64,000 bases of DNA, taken from contig NC_087449.1 of the NCBI RefSeq assembly GCF_036321535.1, positions 55,614,001 through 55,678,000 on the forward strand. Direction: 5' to 3'. Below the pieces are notes generated by a model that was not told the DNA's origin, did not search any database, and saw only the letters and a program-made list of their open reading frames with translations. The stretch is from Camelus dromedarius. Lineage: Eukaryota. Both the position numbers and the translations under genes were made by a program. Position 1 is the first letter of the stretch, and each line of letters starts with the position of its first letter. This document shows positions 9,181 through 21,379 of this stretch, one piece after another.

Positions 9181-12100
9181 AAGGCAGAAGTTGGCAATAC
9201 TGGTGGGAGTTTTCAAAGTGAGCTAATCCTGCCATTATCTGTTTTGGGCAGAGAAAGACCCCAGGAGATCAAGAGGACCAAATGCCACCCAGCAAGGTGG
9301 CTCCCAGCTCCACCGGTGGAACTGAACTGCTCTGCAACATGGACCACCAGGAAACTCACTGGGCTCTCTCTCCGCTAAGTCCCATTCTGGAAAACTCAGT
9401 GCTTGAGAGGAGCTTCATTTGCAAAAGTATCATGGCATTTATTTTGATAGTATCTTTTTATTACAATAGCTAAAATCAGATTAATTTGTAAAATTCTACA
9501 AACTTGAGAGAAGACCTGAAATCAGGAGAAATGATGAGGCCCCTGAGCTGCTTCCCGGACTCAGAGGCCGTGGAGCCAGAAGGGGCTGACAGGCTGAGGA
9601 GTCCAGGAGGATGTGCCTCAGTTTTGAGACATCTTCCCTACCCCCTGGGGAGACCCCAAGAGGGCTCAGGCCTGGCTAGAGCCTGGGTGCTCAGAGATGT
9701 GGGGGCTCCCAGCTGACACACTGTGATCTCACCTCCTCCTCTTGGAAGCCCCTCTGGGAGGTCCAGTCCTGGGACACAGCCTAAGAGCTTCCTTCTGAGC
9801 CCAGGAAGCCAGCAGAGGAAGCAGGCTTTACACTTCATCAGCAAATATTTGCTGAGCCTGTTGAACTGAATGACAGTCTTCCTCGTTGTAGTTATCAGAT
9901 CCACATCAAGTAACATCTCAGGAACCATTTGCTTACTCTGCCCCTCATGTATTCCTTCACCCAAATTTACTGAGCTTCCACTATGCACCGGAGATACAGA
10001 AGAACTAGTTCTGCATTCAAGGAGATTTCAGAGCAGCAAGGGGTAGACCAGTACACATGCAGTGACATCTTGGTGAGATGCATGGCATTAAAGAAGCAAC
10101 AGCACGACAGTTTTCATTTTTTTTGGGTCCCTGACCATTCACCAAGTTCATCGAGTCCTTACCAGTTAAGAGCAGAAACTTGGGAACAGGCTGCCTGGGT
10201 TCCTTTCCCTGTCCAACCCCTTCCCCTAAGCTGATATTGGGTAAGTTGCTGGGCCTCAGTGCCTTCATCTGTAAAATGGGAATAATAATAGTTTCCACCT
10301 CCAGGGGCTGCGGTGAGGATGACATGAGTGAGTACACATGAATTCATGCCAGCACAATGCCTGGCACTTGTTATTACCAATCTATGTAGTCGGCATGGAT
10401 ACATCTGTTTGGCAGATAGGAAACAGGCTCAGGGAGGTTCCCCTCTGAGCCGGATGCACACCCAAGCAGGGAGCCTCTGGAGCCAGGGCCTTTCCCCCAC
10501 CAGCCTCTCAACACCCGGCCTCGGCTTAGAGATGGCTCCGCCATTCTGCTGCTCACTGGTGGGCGCTTCTCACATGCTCGGCTAATACCCACATGGCTAT
10601 GAAGTGTCAAGGCTAGATTAATCCGCTCAATGAAAATAAAATAATCTTTAATAAGAATACTAATCACCAGGCCTCGGGGAGCCCGGAGACCTGGAGGCAG
10701 AGCCGGGAATGAATGGCCGAGACAGATGGAGTGGCTCTGGGCTGGGGCCTGGCCCTGCCCGTCGACCCAGGGTGCTTCCGGAGTCCGCGGTGCCCGGTGT
10801 CGGCCGTGGGCCAGGAGGGGCTCCTGCCCCTGCCGAGGGCACCTTGCCCAGGCTGCCTGTCGGGCTGGCAGCTGCCGGAGGCCCCAGCCACCTCTCTCCT
10901 CTCCCTCACAAGGAGCTTGAGATTTGACAAATAAGGTGTCCGCCGGTGGACGACCAAAGGAAATTAATTCTAAATCAGATTTTAAACACAGTCAGGAAGG
11001 CAAAAGAGCTCGTTGTTCATGCTGCCCCTCCGAAATGAGAAGCTCTGATATTTATAGAAAGATGATTAGGGCCGCAGAGGGTGGTTTGTATTCCGCATCC
11101 AGGTGACAGAAAGGATGGCAACCGGGACTTGAGACTCGGGTGGCTGCTCCGTCGAGTGATGCTCTGAGAGGTCCCTCCGCTCCCTGGAGTTGTTGGGGAT
11201 GGGGTGCAGCCAGGTGTGGGGGTGGCTCACTAGGTCAGGAACTGTGTAGTGTGGGGAGCTTTCTGGTCAGGGGGTTGGGAGATTTGGGATTCAATCAACT
11301 CTCCTAGCTGTGTGCCCTTGGGCCAGTCACTTCCCCTCTCTGGGCCTCCATTTCCCCACTGGCAAGCTGGACTAGCTCCGAATGGCTCTGACAGTCTCCT
11401 GTGGGTCTCTGAGGCCTGAGCACAGTCTCAGCGAGGCTTCTAAAAGCCACATGATCGGCTAGTCCCCTCTCCTGGGCTTTACTGTCTTCTCTGTAAAATC
11501 GAGTGATGCCCAGCCACCTCTTCAGGGAGCTGTGAGGGTGAGACCAGAGAGTTGGGAACCGGTAGACCGGGAGGGTAGCTGTCGCTGTGGGCCTGGCCGC
11601 TGCTCCAGGCCTCACGCTCTGGATCCTTTTCCTGTCACTCGAAGGAAGGTGGAAGGGCACTCGGGCGGGGGAAGCCGGGAATCCCTTGCCCAGCCATATT
11701 TGCTCAGAGAGAACTGCCCAATGGAGACGGCCAGGGCCCAGCGGGTCTCGGGAGGTCCAGCTCAGGTTGGACAGGGCCTCAGCTTTGAGAGGACATCTCA
11801 AGTAGCCCAAGAAAGGCACCCCCAGTCTGTGCCCAGCTCCTGCTCGGCCCCCATCTTCTGCACTCTCAGGGTACCTACCAAGGAGGGGGTGGGGATGGGG
11901 GACACTGGCAGGGCCGCAGGCTTGGGCCTCCTGTTAGGGGAGGGCCTGTTTTGCACTTGTGCTTCTTCAAAGGAGGTTAACAGACAATCACAGAAGCCCA
12001 CTGACAGGGTTGAGAAAAGTCTCACCTCCTGCGACTTAAAACTGGCATCCCGTCCCCAAACCTCACTGCCTGCAGTGCACTATGAATTAATATTTTTTTA

Positions 12101-14376
12101 TAAAACATGTAATTATCTTGCAACTGGCATAATTATGTTATACTGAAACTTAAATGTAAAATTCAAAATATGCTGCAATTCCCTAACCCTCTTTGTCACG
12201 TCTTTATATTTTTTATTAATGCGCCAGCAGTGCCAGGAAATGAGAGTGACCTTGGCTGGCTCTGCCTGACCCCGGGGAGGTCCCACTGCTCAGGCCTTGG
12301 TGTTTCCACCGACAGTCCTGCCCTTGACATGCTGCGGCTCCTTCGGCAAGACGCATTCTCTCTCTGGACTCCACTTCCCATCTCCAACAAAAAAGGAGGC
12401 TGGAGCAGGACTCCTCTGAGTGAGGCCAGGACCCTGAAGTCAGGAGGACCAGTCTCCCTCCCACAGACAAGTGTGCACAATGGACAAACAGGTGGCCTGC
12501 CTGTGCTGGCTGGCTCAGCCTAGGGCCGGGGCAGCAGACCTTGAGCAGGTAACCACTGACTGGCCTGCCCGACTGTTACAGCTTATACTGTACTGGTTAC
12601 CAACTGTCTTAATGTTACCCCAGGGAAGGGGGAAGCAGGGCTTCGTTTGCAGAGGGCTTCGTGGACAGAGGAAGCAGTTCAGGGCTCTGGAGTGAGATGA
12701 CCCGGGATCAGATCCCTACTCTGCCACTTAAGTTGAGGGGACTCAGTTTTTCACATCTGTAAAATGGGGATATAATACCTAGCTTAGCAGACTAATTTAA
12801 GGATGAGAAACTATATGAATCTCTGAAGGCAGTGACTCTCTGTACCTCCATTCTCATTGCCTGGGACACAGTAAATGCTTAACAGAATGAGTAATTGACA
12901 TGATATGTACAGAGTGCTCATTGAAGTGCCAGGCATATGGAAAACACTCAGAAAATTGTCCCTAAGGGGCTTTATTATCCCCACCAGAATGAAGGAATTT
13001 TGGGAGCCAGTTCTAGCGGGGAATGTGGTCGGGATGGGACAGGAATAGGTGAAAAGTCTACACACAGCTCAGCCAGTGCCAGACAGACCTGACTCAGGGC
13101 CCAGCTCCACCTCTCAGCAGCTGTAAGACCTAACCAGGATACTACTTCTTGACCCTCAGTTTCCCCATCTGTAAAATGGAACTGTAAGACCTGCCTTGTT
13201 ACAATGAGCCAATGAATGGATATACGAGAAATCCCCCTGCAAGCTGTAAAGGCAACAGAGATGTTTGTTATTATTACCCAGAGGGAAGTTGAGAAGGACT
13301 GGATGTCTGTGAAGGAACCGGGAGAGGCCAGAGGCCTGGGGAGCCTGAAAATTTGGTCACAGGGGATAGAACAAATGCAGAAACAAGCAAATATCACAGA
13401 AAGTGCTTTGGGGTTTAGGGTCCAGGACAGGTGAAGACTCGTAGCAGTTGGCAGTGTGAAAAAAGATTTCTTAAGGAAATCAGAGAGCCCTGGAGAAGGG
13501 CAGGAATGGCCTGGTGGCCGGAGAGAAGATTCTGGTCCTGGAGACATCAGGGCAAGACAGCTCCCAAGATGGACCAGGCTGGACTCTAAAGCTACCTTGC
13601 GCATCACCTGAAACTGTCAGCCTGTGTCCGGCTCAGTCCTGTGAGCACCAAGGGGCTTTCTTGCTGGCGAGGGCAGGGGGATGGTGCTGAGAGAGCTGAG
13701 GTCCTTCTGACTGTGGTCCTGGGTCCTGTGGAGTAGCAGCAGAGGGCTCAGAGGGTGTTCCTAGTGGTAGACAGGGCCCCACGCTAGTCTTCACTGAGGC
13801 TGTCTGGGCTCAGGCCCTGTCTCTGATCTCTGCCTAGGAACATCTTCCTCCCCCAGGAGAACCAGTGGTACCAGCAGCAGGCTTCACTGTGCTCTGAGTG
13901 GTGGAGCTGCCACATGTCCAGCCCCTGGGGAGACCAAGTAAGGGCAGAAGGCAACCAGGCCAAGACCAGTAACAGCTGGGGCACCAGCTGTCTGTGCACA
14001 CCAGCTCTCCCAGTGCTCCCAGACTGTCAGGAAGCCTGGCTGCACGGCCCCCACATGGGGTCTGCTGACCACACACACACGCACATGGCCTGGGCTCTGG
14101 CCCCTGCTGCTGGTCTCTGATGCAGGAACCCCAGCCATACATCCATGGGAAAAGGTGCTATTTCGTGACCCAAGAGCTCTTGGTTGTCCTCTCCCACAGG
14201 TCCCAAGATAAGTTCCCGCTGAACACAGGCGGGCTGCTTCAGGGGCCCCAGTGACATATCCAGCCCAGACAGTCCTCAATGGGTGCCCCTGCCCGCATAC
14301 CATCACGTTGGCCCTGTATTACACTTGTTCATTCTGAGTCCTGGTTCCAATCCACCCCTCCCACCTGACAGGTTAG

Positions 14377-14600
14377 GCTCAGTGGTTCTGAGCCTGGACC
14401 CTGCAGCCCGACTTCTAGGTTCTAATCATAGCTCTGCAGCTTCCTGGATGTGTGACCTTGGGCAAGTTGCTTTGCCTCTCTGTGCTTCAGTCTCCTCATC
14501 TATAAAACCAAGATAATAGTAGTTTCTATTTCACTTGGGATTAAATGAATTAATGAGTGAAAAGTGCTTAGAATAAAGCCAGACATAAGTTAAGTCACAC
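14377..14600 (+). mobile_element. Near full-length MIR
   Basis: CAGTGGTT...GTGTGACCTTGGGCAAGTT...CCTCTCTGTGCTTCAGTCTCCTCATCTATAAAA...GGATTAAATGAATTAAT...GTGCTTAGAA. Confidence 0.88.
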
Positions 14601-14911
14601 ACAGTATTGTTCCCTAACACAGGTCCGTACCCAGTAGTACCCCAATCACACCAGTGCCCGGAGAGGTACCTCTCCACGATGCCCACGGAGGGTCCACCTG
14701 GCTGTGGTGTGTCTCCCTCCTCCCAGTACACACATATATACACACACAGGTGGCCTGGGGACACAGGAACACGGGAGGTTCACCTATCTTCCCAGGTGCT
14801 GTGTGCACCACCCAGTCACCTGCTAACTGTGCCAACCATGCCCCCTGCACCCCAGCAGCCTTGCCCAGACCAAGCCCAGCCATCGGCCCAGCCGCACGGA
14901 GGTGCGCTCAC

Positions 14912-15575
14912 CCACACAGGCATCCCGCTGCTCCTCGTAGCCGGCGCTGCACACGCACTTGCCAATGGGCACCAGCCACTCGCCCTCGGCGCTGCAGTAC
15001 ATCTTGGGCGTGTCCCGCTCCTCAGAGTGCCTCACGCACTGGCCCCGCACCTCCACCAGTGAGGATGAGTCGGCCCCTGTCACTGCCTCCGAGAAGGCTG
15101 CCAGGTTGCGCACCATGGTGGGGCACTTCTTGTAGTAGATGCGGAGAGACAGGATGGCAAGGCAGGCGCCGATGTCCTGGAAGGCCAGATAGAAGCCGCG
15201 CTTGCTGAGGGGGCCCACTCCGCGCACCTCCGTGTTGAGCTTGAGGCGCCGCACGCCCAGGTCAGCGCCCGTGAAGCTCTCGTCGGCTGCGATAGTGTCG
15301 ATTTTGAGGAATTGGCTCTCCTGCGTGCTGGCACCCAGGTCGCGGTCCGACTCCAGATAGTAGAGGTTGAAGGTCTCCTTGCAGGTGCCCAGCACGCCAG
15401 GCATGCTGTTGCAGTCCCGCAGGGTGAACTTGATCTCTGCGTAGACGCGCCGGGCGCCATCGCGGGGCACCCAGCTGGTGCGCAGCCAGTTGTTCTGGTT
15501 GGGGCTCATGACGTTGCACACCTGGTATGTGTGGATGGGCCGGAAGGACTCGTCCACCTCGTTGATGGAGTCCCA
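14912..15575 (-). CDS. EPHA8: EPHA8 exon 3 (664 nt), ephrin ligand-binding domain and sushi-like region
   Basis: Translates [33 protein letters not shown]...[11 protein letters not shown]...[24 protein letters not shown]. Acceptor CCACAG|, donor |GTGAGC. Confidence 0.98.
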
Positions 15576-15734
15576 CTGTGGGCAGAGAGAGCACAGCCAG
15601 ATGAAACGAGAGGCAGCACCTGGCCCTCTCTTGCCAACTGCTGCACACACTGCGTGGGGGGCATCCTGGGGAAGAGGGAGGGACATTCTCCAGCCTTAAG
15701 GAGCGGACCGTCTAGCGGACTGTTGCCGCCAGAT

Positions 15735-15910
15735 GCCAAGCACCCTACGGACATAATCTCACAGGTGTCACATCCTTTGGGGGAAGTGTTATTTGCCACC
15801 CTTTCACAGATAAGGAAAAGAGGGGCTCAGACACAGAGCCTGGTGTCTGAGGTCACATAGCGAGTAAGTGATGGGGTCAGGACCTGAAATGATGCCAAAG
15901 CTACAAAGCT
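15735..15910 (-). mobile_element. MIR in reverse orientation
   Basis: TTTCACAGATAAGGAAAAGAGGGGCTCAGA...GAGGTCACATAGCGAGTAAGTGA is a reverse MIR core. Confidence 0.75.
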
Positions 15911-16275
15911 CTGACCTCGTTTCTATGCGGTTACTCCCAGGGCGGGGGGACTTGCTTGGGGAAATCAGTGAGCCCACTGGTCCAGTTTTCCTATCAGCTG
16001 CCAGAGGATCTTCCTAATGCATGAACCTGAACTTTGCCTTTGCCCACCTCAAATCCTTCAGCAGCACTCCCTGCACTGGTGCTTGCTGAATGACTGTCTG
16101 ATGGATGGACTCCCTCTGCCTTGCTGTGCTTGACGTTCCCTCTGCCCTCAACCTAAGGCTGGGGGCTCACGGGCTGGCCTGGGTCTCACGCAAGGGAGTA
16201 CCAGGATGCGGGAAAGTTGAGTGTGACTGTTTCAGTGGCAGGTGCTGGCCAGGCATCACTAATTCAGAAATAAAC

Positions 16276-16543
16276 NNNNNNNNNNNNNNNNNNNNNNNNN
16301 NNNNNNNNNNNNNNNNNNNNNNNNNNNNNNNNNNNNNNNNNNNNNNNNNNNNNNNNNNNNNNNNNNNNNNNNNNNNNNNNNNNNNNNNNNNNNNNNNNNN
16401 NNNNNNNNNNNNNNNNNNNNNNNNNNNNNNNNNNNNNNNNNNNNNNNNNNNNNNNNNNNNNNNNNNNNNNNNNNNNNNNNNNNNNNNNNNNNNNNNNNNN
16501 NNNNNNNNNNNNNNNNNNNNNNNNNNNNNNNNNNNNNNNNNNN
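16276..16543. other. Assembly gap (268 N)
   Basis: N run adjoining an L1 fragment. Confidence 0.99.
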
Positions 16544-17305
16544 CACAGTGAGGTACAACTCCACACCCATTAGCTATGATCAAAATAATAGAAAACAACA
16601 AGTGTTGGAGAGCATGTGAAAAACCTGGAACCCTGTGCATTGCTGGTGGGAACGTAAAATGGTGCAGCCACTCTGGAAAACAGTCGGGCAGTTCCTCCAA
16701 AAATTAAATGTAGAATTACCATAAATTCCATGTCTGGAATACACCTAAACACCCCCAAAGAAATAAAAGCAGAGACACATATTTGCACATCCATGTTCAC
16801 AGCAGCCAAAAGGTGGAAACACAAATGTCCATCTATGGACGAATGGGTAAACACAATGTGTATATCCATACAATGGGATATTACTCAGCCTTAAAAATGA
16901 ATGAAATTCTGACACATGCTACAGCATGGAGGAACCTTGAGGACATTATGCGAAGTGAAATAAACCAGACACAAATGGACAAAATCCTATCCGCTTCTGC
17001 TTATATGACGTACTTAAGTCAGATTCATACAGACAGAAAGTAGAGTGGTACCTGCCAGGGGCTGGGGAAAGAGGGGAGTGGGAGTTATAGTTTAGTCGGT
17101 TCAGAAGTTTCAGTCTGTGAAAAATTGTGCTGAACACTGGAATTTGACACAACATTGTAAAATGATTATAAATCAATAAAAAATGTTAAAAAAAAAAAAG
17201 TTTCAGTCTGGGAAGATGAAAAGAGTTCTGGAGATGGCCAGTGGTGATGGTCACACAACAATGTGAATGTACTTAATGCCACCGAACTGTAGGCTTAAAA
17301 AACAT
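16544..17305 (+). mobile_element. L1MB-like LINE-1 3' end
   Basis: GCTGGTGGGAACGTAAAATGGTGCAGCCACTCTGGAAAACAG, AATGGGATATTACTCAGCCTTAAAAATGAATGAAATTCTG and GTTCTGGAGATGG...CACAACAATGTGAATGTACTTAATGCCAC. Confidence 0.9.
17118..17197 (+). mobile_element. Young, 5'-truncated L1 3' tail nested in the older L1
   Basis: About 80 nt with AATAAA (17175-17180) and an A-tail, flanked by the direct repeat AAGTTTCAGTCTG (17105-17117 and 17198-17210). Confidence 0.85.
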
Positions 17306-20300
17306 GGTGTTGAGAAATGATCTAGGAGTCGAGAAGCCTGGGTGCTGGGCCTGGCTCAGGCACTAACTGGCTGTGTGAACTTGGGCAAATTGCTGCTCCT
17401 CTCTGGGCCCCAGCCTCCTCAGCTGCAGAATGCTGGCTGGCCAGAAGCAGACGTTGCTGGGCTGAGTTCAGTGGCTCCCTGAGGGTTCTGATGAGGGGGT
17501 GGGGGCCGAGGGTGGTTGCAGGGGACAGGCTCAGGGTCCCTGTCCTGGCTCCACTGGAGATGCAGTGCCTTGATCTTCTCTCCTGGACCTCTATGTGTAT
17601 CGTCCTTGAACAATGGATCCTATTGCTTAAGCAGGGGGGTGGGGTGAGGGGAAGGCGGGGTGGGGTCGAGGCTGAGGGAGGTAGAGCCCACTCCTCGTGG
17701 TGCTCTGAGAATTTGTGGGGTTCCGAGCTGTTCCACAAGCACTGGAGTGGGGACCAGGGGCATCTCAAGTCTTTCCTGTCTGACAAAAGACCCTCAGTCT
17801 GCCCTCGTCTTGGCCAGTTATAAGGTCTCAGCCCTCAGTGGCCCTATCTGTAAGAGGGGGCTCAGAAAGGCCCCACTTTAGTGAGGCTTGAGAGGATAAA
17901 TGGAGAAGAAGCCTACGAAACGCTCAGCTTGGACCGGGCACAGACGGCACTTGACGAATGGGACTGATACGATGCTGAACTGGCAGCCTCTTTCCAGCCC
18001 ACCTATGCTTGCCTCTGGGGACCACCGGGGAAGCAGATTAGGGTGTGCCAGCCTCACCCGAAACAGTGCATGCCCCTCCTGCACCCCCAACCCTAAGAAG
18101 GCCCCCCACACTGTGCTCCACTTGCAGGCAGGGCTCTGGGCAGCACTGCGTCACATCTGGGGTTAAAGTCATTGTCACAATTAATGGAGCACCAAAGAGC
18201 CAGCCAGCTGCTCCCCGTCTGTTTCCTGCCAGGGACCTGGATAAATTAATCAGCTCTATCTGAGTCCGCTCCAGCCGCCCCACCAGTGCCAATGGCTGGC
18301 CTAGCCCAGGGGCTGCTGCAGACACCCAGAGTGGCCCAAATTCCTGGAGGGTGGTACCAGGGTGGAATCAGCCCTGTTCTTTACCTGGGCACCCCCACCC
18401 CATACTGGGTGCCACTCCCACGCAGCTGCCTCTCTAGGTCCCTGGCACACTCCTTCCCCAACCCCCACTATCGCTCTGGAACTCTGCCCCTTCCTGAAAC
18501 AGAATGCAGCAAACCAGCTGTGCATCCCTGGGTGTATCACATTCCCTCTCTGAGCTCTGGGCTTCTCATATGTACAAAGGGGTGCCCCTTTCATTTATTC
18601 CAGGGGGTGGTAAGGATCAAATGCAGCAATAAAAAATGTGCCTTCTCAGCTAAGGTGACGTCATGAGTGACTGTTAATTCACCAGATGAGGTGGCGCACG
18701 ACTGGGGCCAGACTTCCCCAGCCTCAGCAGAGATGCTTGAGCTCTGAGAGCGTCCAGTTTCTCACTGGTCCAATGTCCTTTTCCTGCACCATCTCACAGG
18801 TGACCGCTGCCTGGTGCAGGCTCTGTGACCATCCCCATGTTCTGAACAAGGAGGTGGAGGCGAGGTAAAGGGACTGGCCTGAGTCACACTGATTAGAAGC
18901 TGGAGAGCATTGGCTCCTCCAGCCCCAGCACTGCTGGTTGTAGGCTGTGCTGTCGGCCTAACAACCTGATACCTCTGTGATGCTGGAGACAGCCCTGGAT
19001 GACCCTCATGCCCAGGCTGCTTCACAGACTCCAGAATCAGAGGGGTGGATGGAACCTCGAGGACCATCTCCAAAAGCTCTCCACCCAGCTGGGCACTTGT
19101 TAGACAAAAAATTCCCAGGCCCCTCCCCACTAGATGTGGAATCTGCATGTTTCACTTGCTAGCCCAGCACAGGTTCAAGATCCAGAGTTTGGAAACCAGA
19201 GATCTCATCCAGCCTTCTTTCCTCTCGGCACAAGCTTGGTCTCCAGGTCCCATAAAGACGGGAGGTGGTCCCTGGCTCAGTAAACAATGCAGGATTGCCT
19301 CCCACCCCTTCCCAAGGTGGACACAGGCCAAGGTGGGCACAAGGAGCTCAATGTGGGCTTCGAGCCCAGAGAGATATGAGACTGTGTCCATCCCCTGGGA
19401 CCTGTCTGACGGTGCAATCATTACTCACGGCTCTGAGCCTTAGCTTCCTCAGCTGTGAGACGGGGTGGCTGCACCCACTTGCAGGACTGGTGGTGGGGAT
19501 TAAATGAGATGATGTCAGTGAATGGTTGAGCTATGTGAATATAAGTGATTATCTGTTCTAACTCCCGAATGAAAGGAGATCACTCTGAGCCAGGCTTTAC
19601 AGCGCCCAGCAAACAAAAGAACCTTAGATTACCAGCGTGGTCGTCCAAAACACAAGTCCAGTCATATTCCTCACCTGCTTAAAACCCTGACAACTCCATT
19701 ATCCTAAAAACCAAGTCCTAAGCTCTGAATGGGACAGAGGGACAGAGACGCCCAGAGCCAAACTCGGGGGCCAGGGCCGTTCCTTCCTAGCTGCTGGGTC
19801 TCAGGGGAAATGCTGACCCCCCCCAACAGCCAGGCAGTCACCTCCTCATGGGTCAGCCCCCAGCTCCCGGCAGAGCCGCTCCCTGTGCCAAAGCCCTTCC
19901 ACCCAAGCTCACCCCGGGAGACAGCCACGTGGGATACACACAGAAGAGTGCTTCACGGGGAGTGACTGAGGCCCAGGGATGTAAGAGGACACTGCCAGGA
20001 CCCAGCCTTTGTCCTCAGGTAGGGCTGACCTGCTCAGGCTGAGAAGGGGGTCCCTCCTGGCTCTCGGGCCCCCAGGCCGTCCCTCCAGGTCCCTGAAGCC
20101 TGGCAGATGGGGGCCAATGACAGCAGACTCAGCTTACTGCTACCTGGGGATGAGACCCCAAAGAGAGGAGTGGGGCTCATCCTGACCCCAGTCACAGGCC
20201 ACAAACAGCCTGGATGAAAATCTCACCCCAAAGTAAAGAAATACTCCCTTCACAAATACCCACTCTGGGGGTCACTCTCATCATCATCATCATTACCAGT

Positions 20301-21314
20301 GTTACTCCTCTGTCTCCAGAGCCACGGGAGCCAAAGTGTTCATGAAAGGAGGTGTGTGTGCAGGACGTGCTCGTGTCTACGGCAGGGATGTGTGTGTGTG
20401 TGTTCCTGAGCATGTTTGTAGGAGGAAGTTTATGTGATATGTAACCATCATACAGATTAATAACAACGGTAATGAGTAATACACTTAATGAGGGCTCACC
20501 GTGTGCCAGGCATGGGGCCAAGGCCACGTGTCATCTCCCTCACCCTCTCAACCAACCCCATGAGGTCATCACATGCTCATCCCTTTCTACAGACAGGGAA
20601 ACTGACTCAGGGAAGTGAAGTGGTGACCCAGGGCCACCCACTATGTGGATGGTGGAGCCACACCCCGTCAAGCTCTTGGGCTCGATTTGGCTTTACTGAT
20701 CTCTGGGATTTGGATAAAAGAATCAGAGGTACTGGGTTACCATGCCCACTCCCCAGGAGGGAAGGACGGAGTGCTGCCTGAGTACATGACCTACAGGGAC
20801 CTGATGGGCTGAGCCCAGGATCACCATGGAGACCACATGGGCCTGGGAGGCTGGGGCTGGAAGAACCACCCCGGGGGTCCTGATAGAAGAAGCGAACAAC
20901 TGGGGGCTTCAGGTGAGGGCAGGGAGGTCATGAAGGGAGGACTAATCCTGCAGAAGTGGAAGGCCAGGCTGCCCCGTTCCTCGATACTGACACCTCCCCG
21001 GCCACCGTGGGACCGGCTGTGGCACAAGGTGAACCTGCAGGCCCAGGACACAGATGTAAAGATCCCACATCCAGGCCTCAGACCTGAAGAATCAGGAACC
21101 CGGCACCAGGATTGGTTCTGGAATCCCAAAGGTCTGCGTGCACTAAACTGTTAGGAAATCAGCAGCTCTGTCCTTGACTGCTGTGTGTCCTCGGGTAAGC
21201 TCCTTCACCTTTCTTGGCCTCTGCTTCCTTTTGATCTGTCTGATGATAAGACTCTGAGTCACAGCCTCTCTCTGCTCACAGAGGGACAATGCTGGCCCCA
21301 CTGCCATCACTTAC

Positions 21315-21379
21315 CCCATGAGCTGGGTACGTGAGCCAGCCCCAGTCCCCGTGGATGGTCGAGGTGTCCAGCAAATTCA
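21315..21379 (-). CDS. EPHA8: EPHA8 exon 2 (65 nt), start of the ligand-binding domain
   Basis: Translates (V)NLLDTSTIHGDWGWLTYPAHG, the Eph-family NLLD...GW motif. Acceptor TTCTACAG|, donor GGG|GTAAGT. Missed by the ORF track. Confidence 0.96.

Noticed and set aside
14823-15686. 287-aa ORF as a complete EPHA8 N-terminus
   Set aside because: Only 14912-15575 is exon. The flanking residues are intronic, and clear splice sites bound the exon.
14654-15860. Plus-strand ORFs (184 and 182 aa) overlapping exon 3
   Set aside because: Antisense shadows of a GC3-rich coding exon, with no independent evidence.
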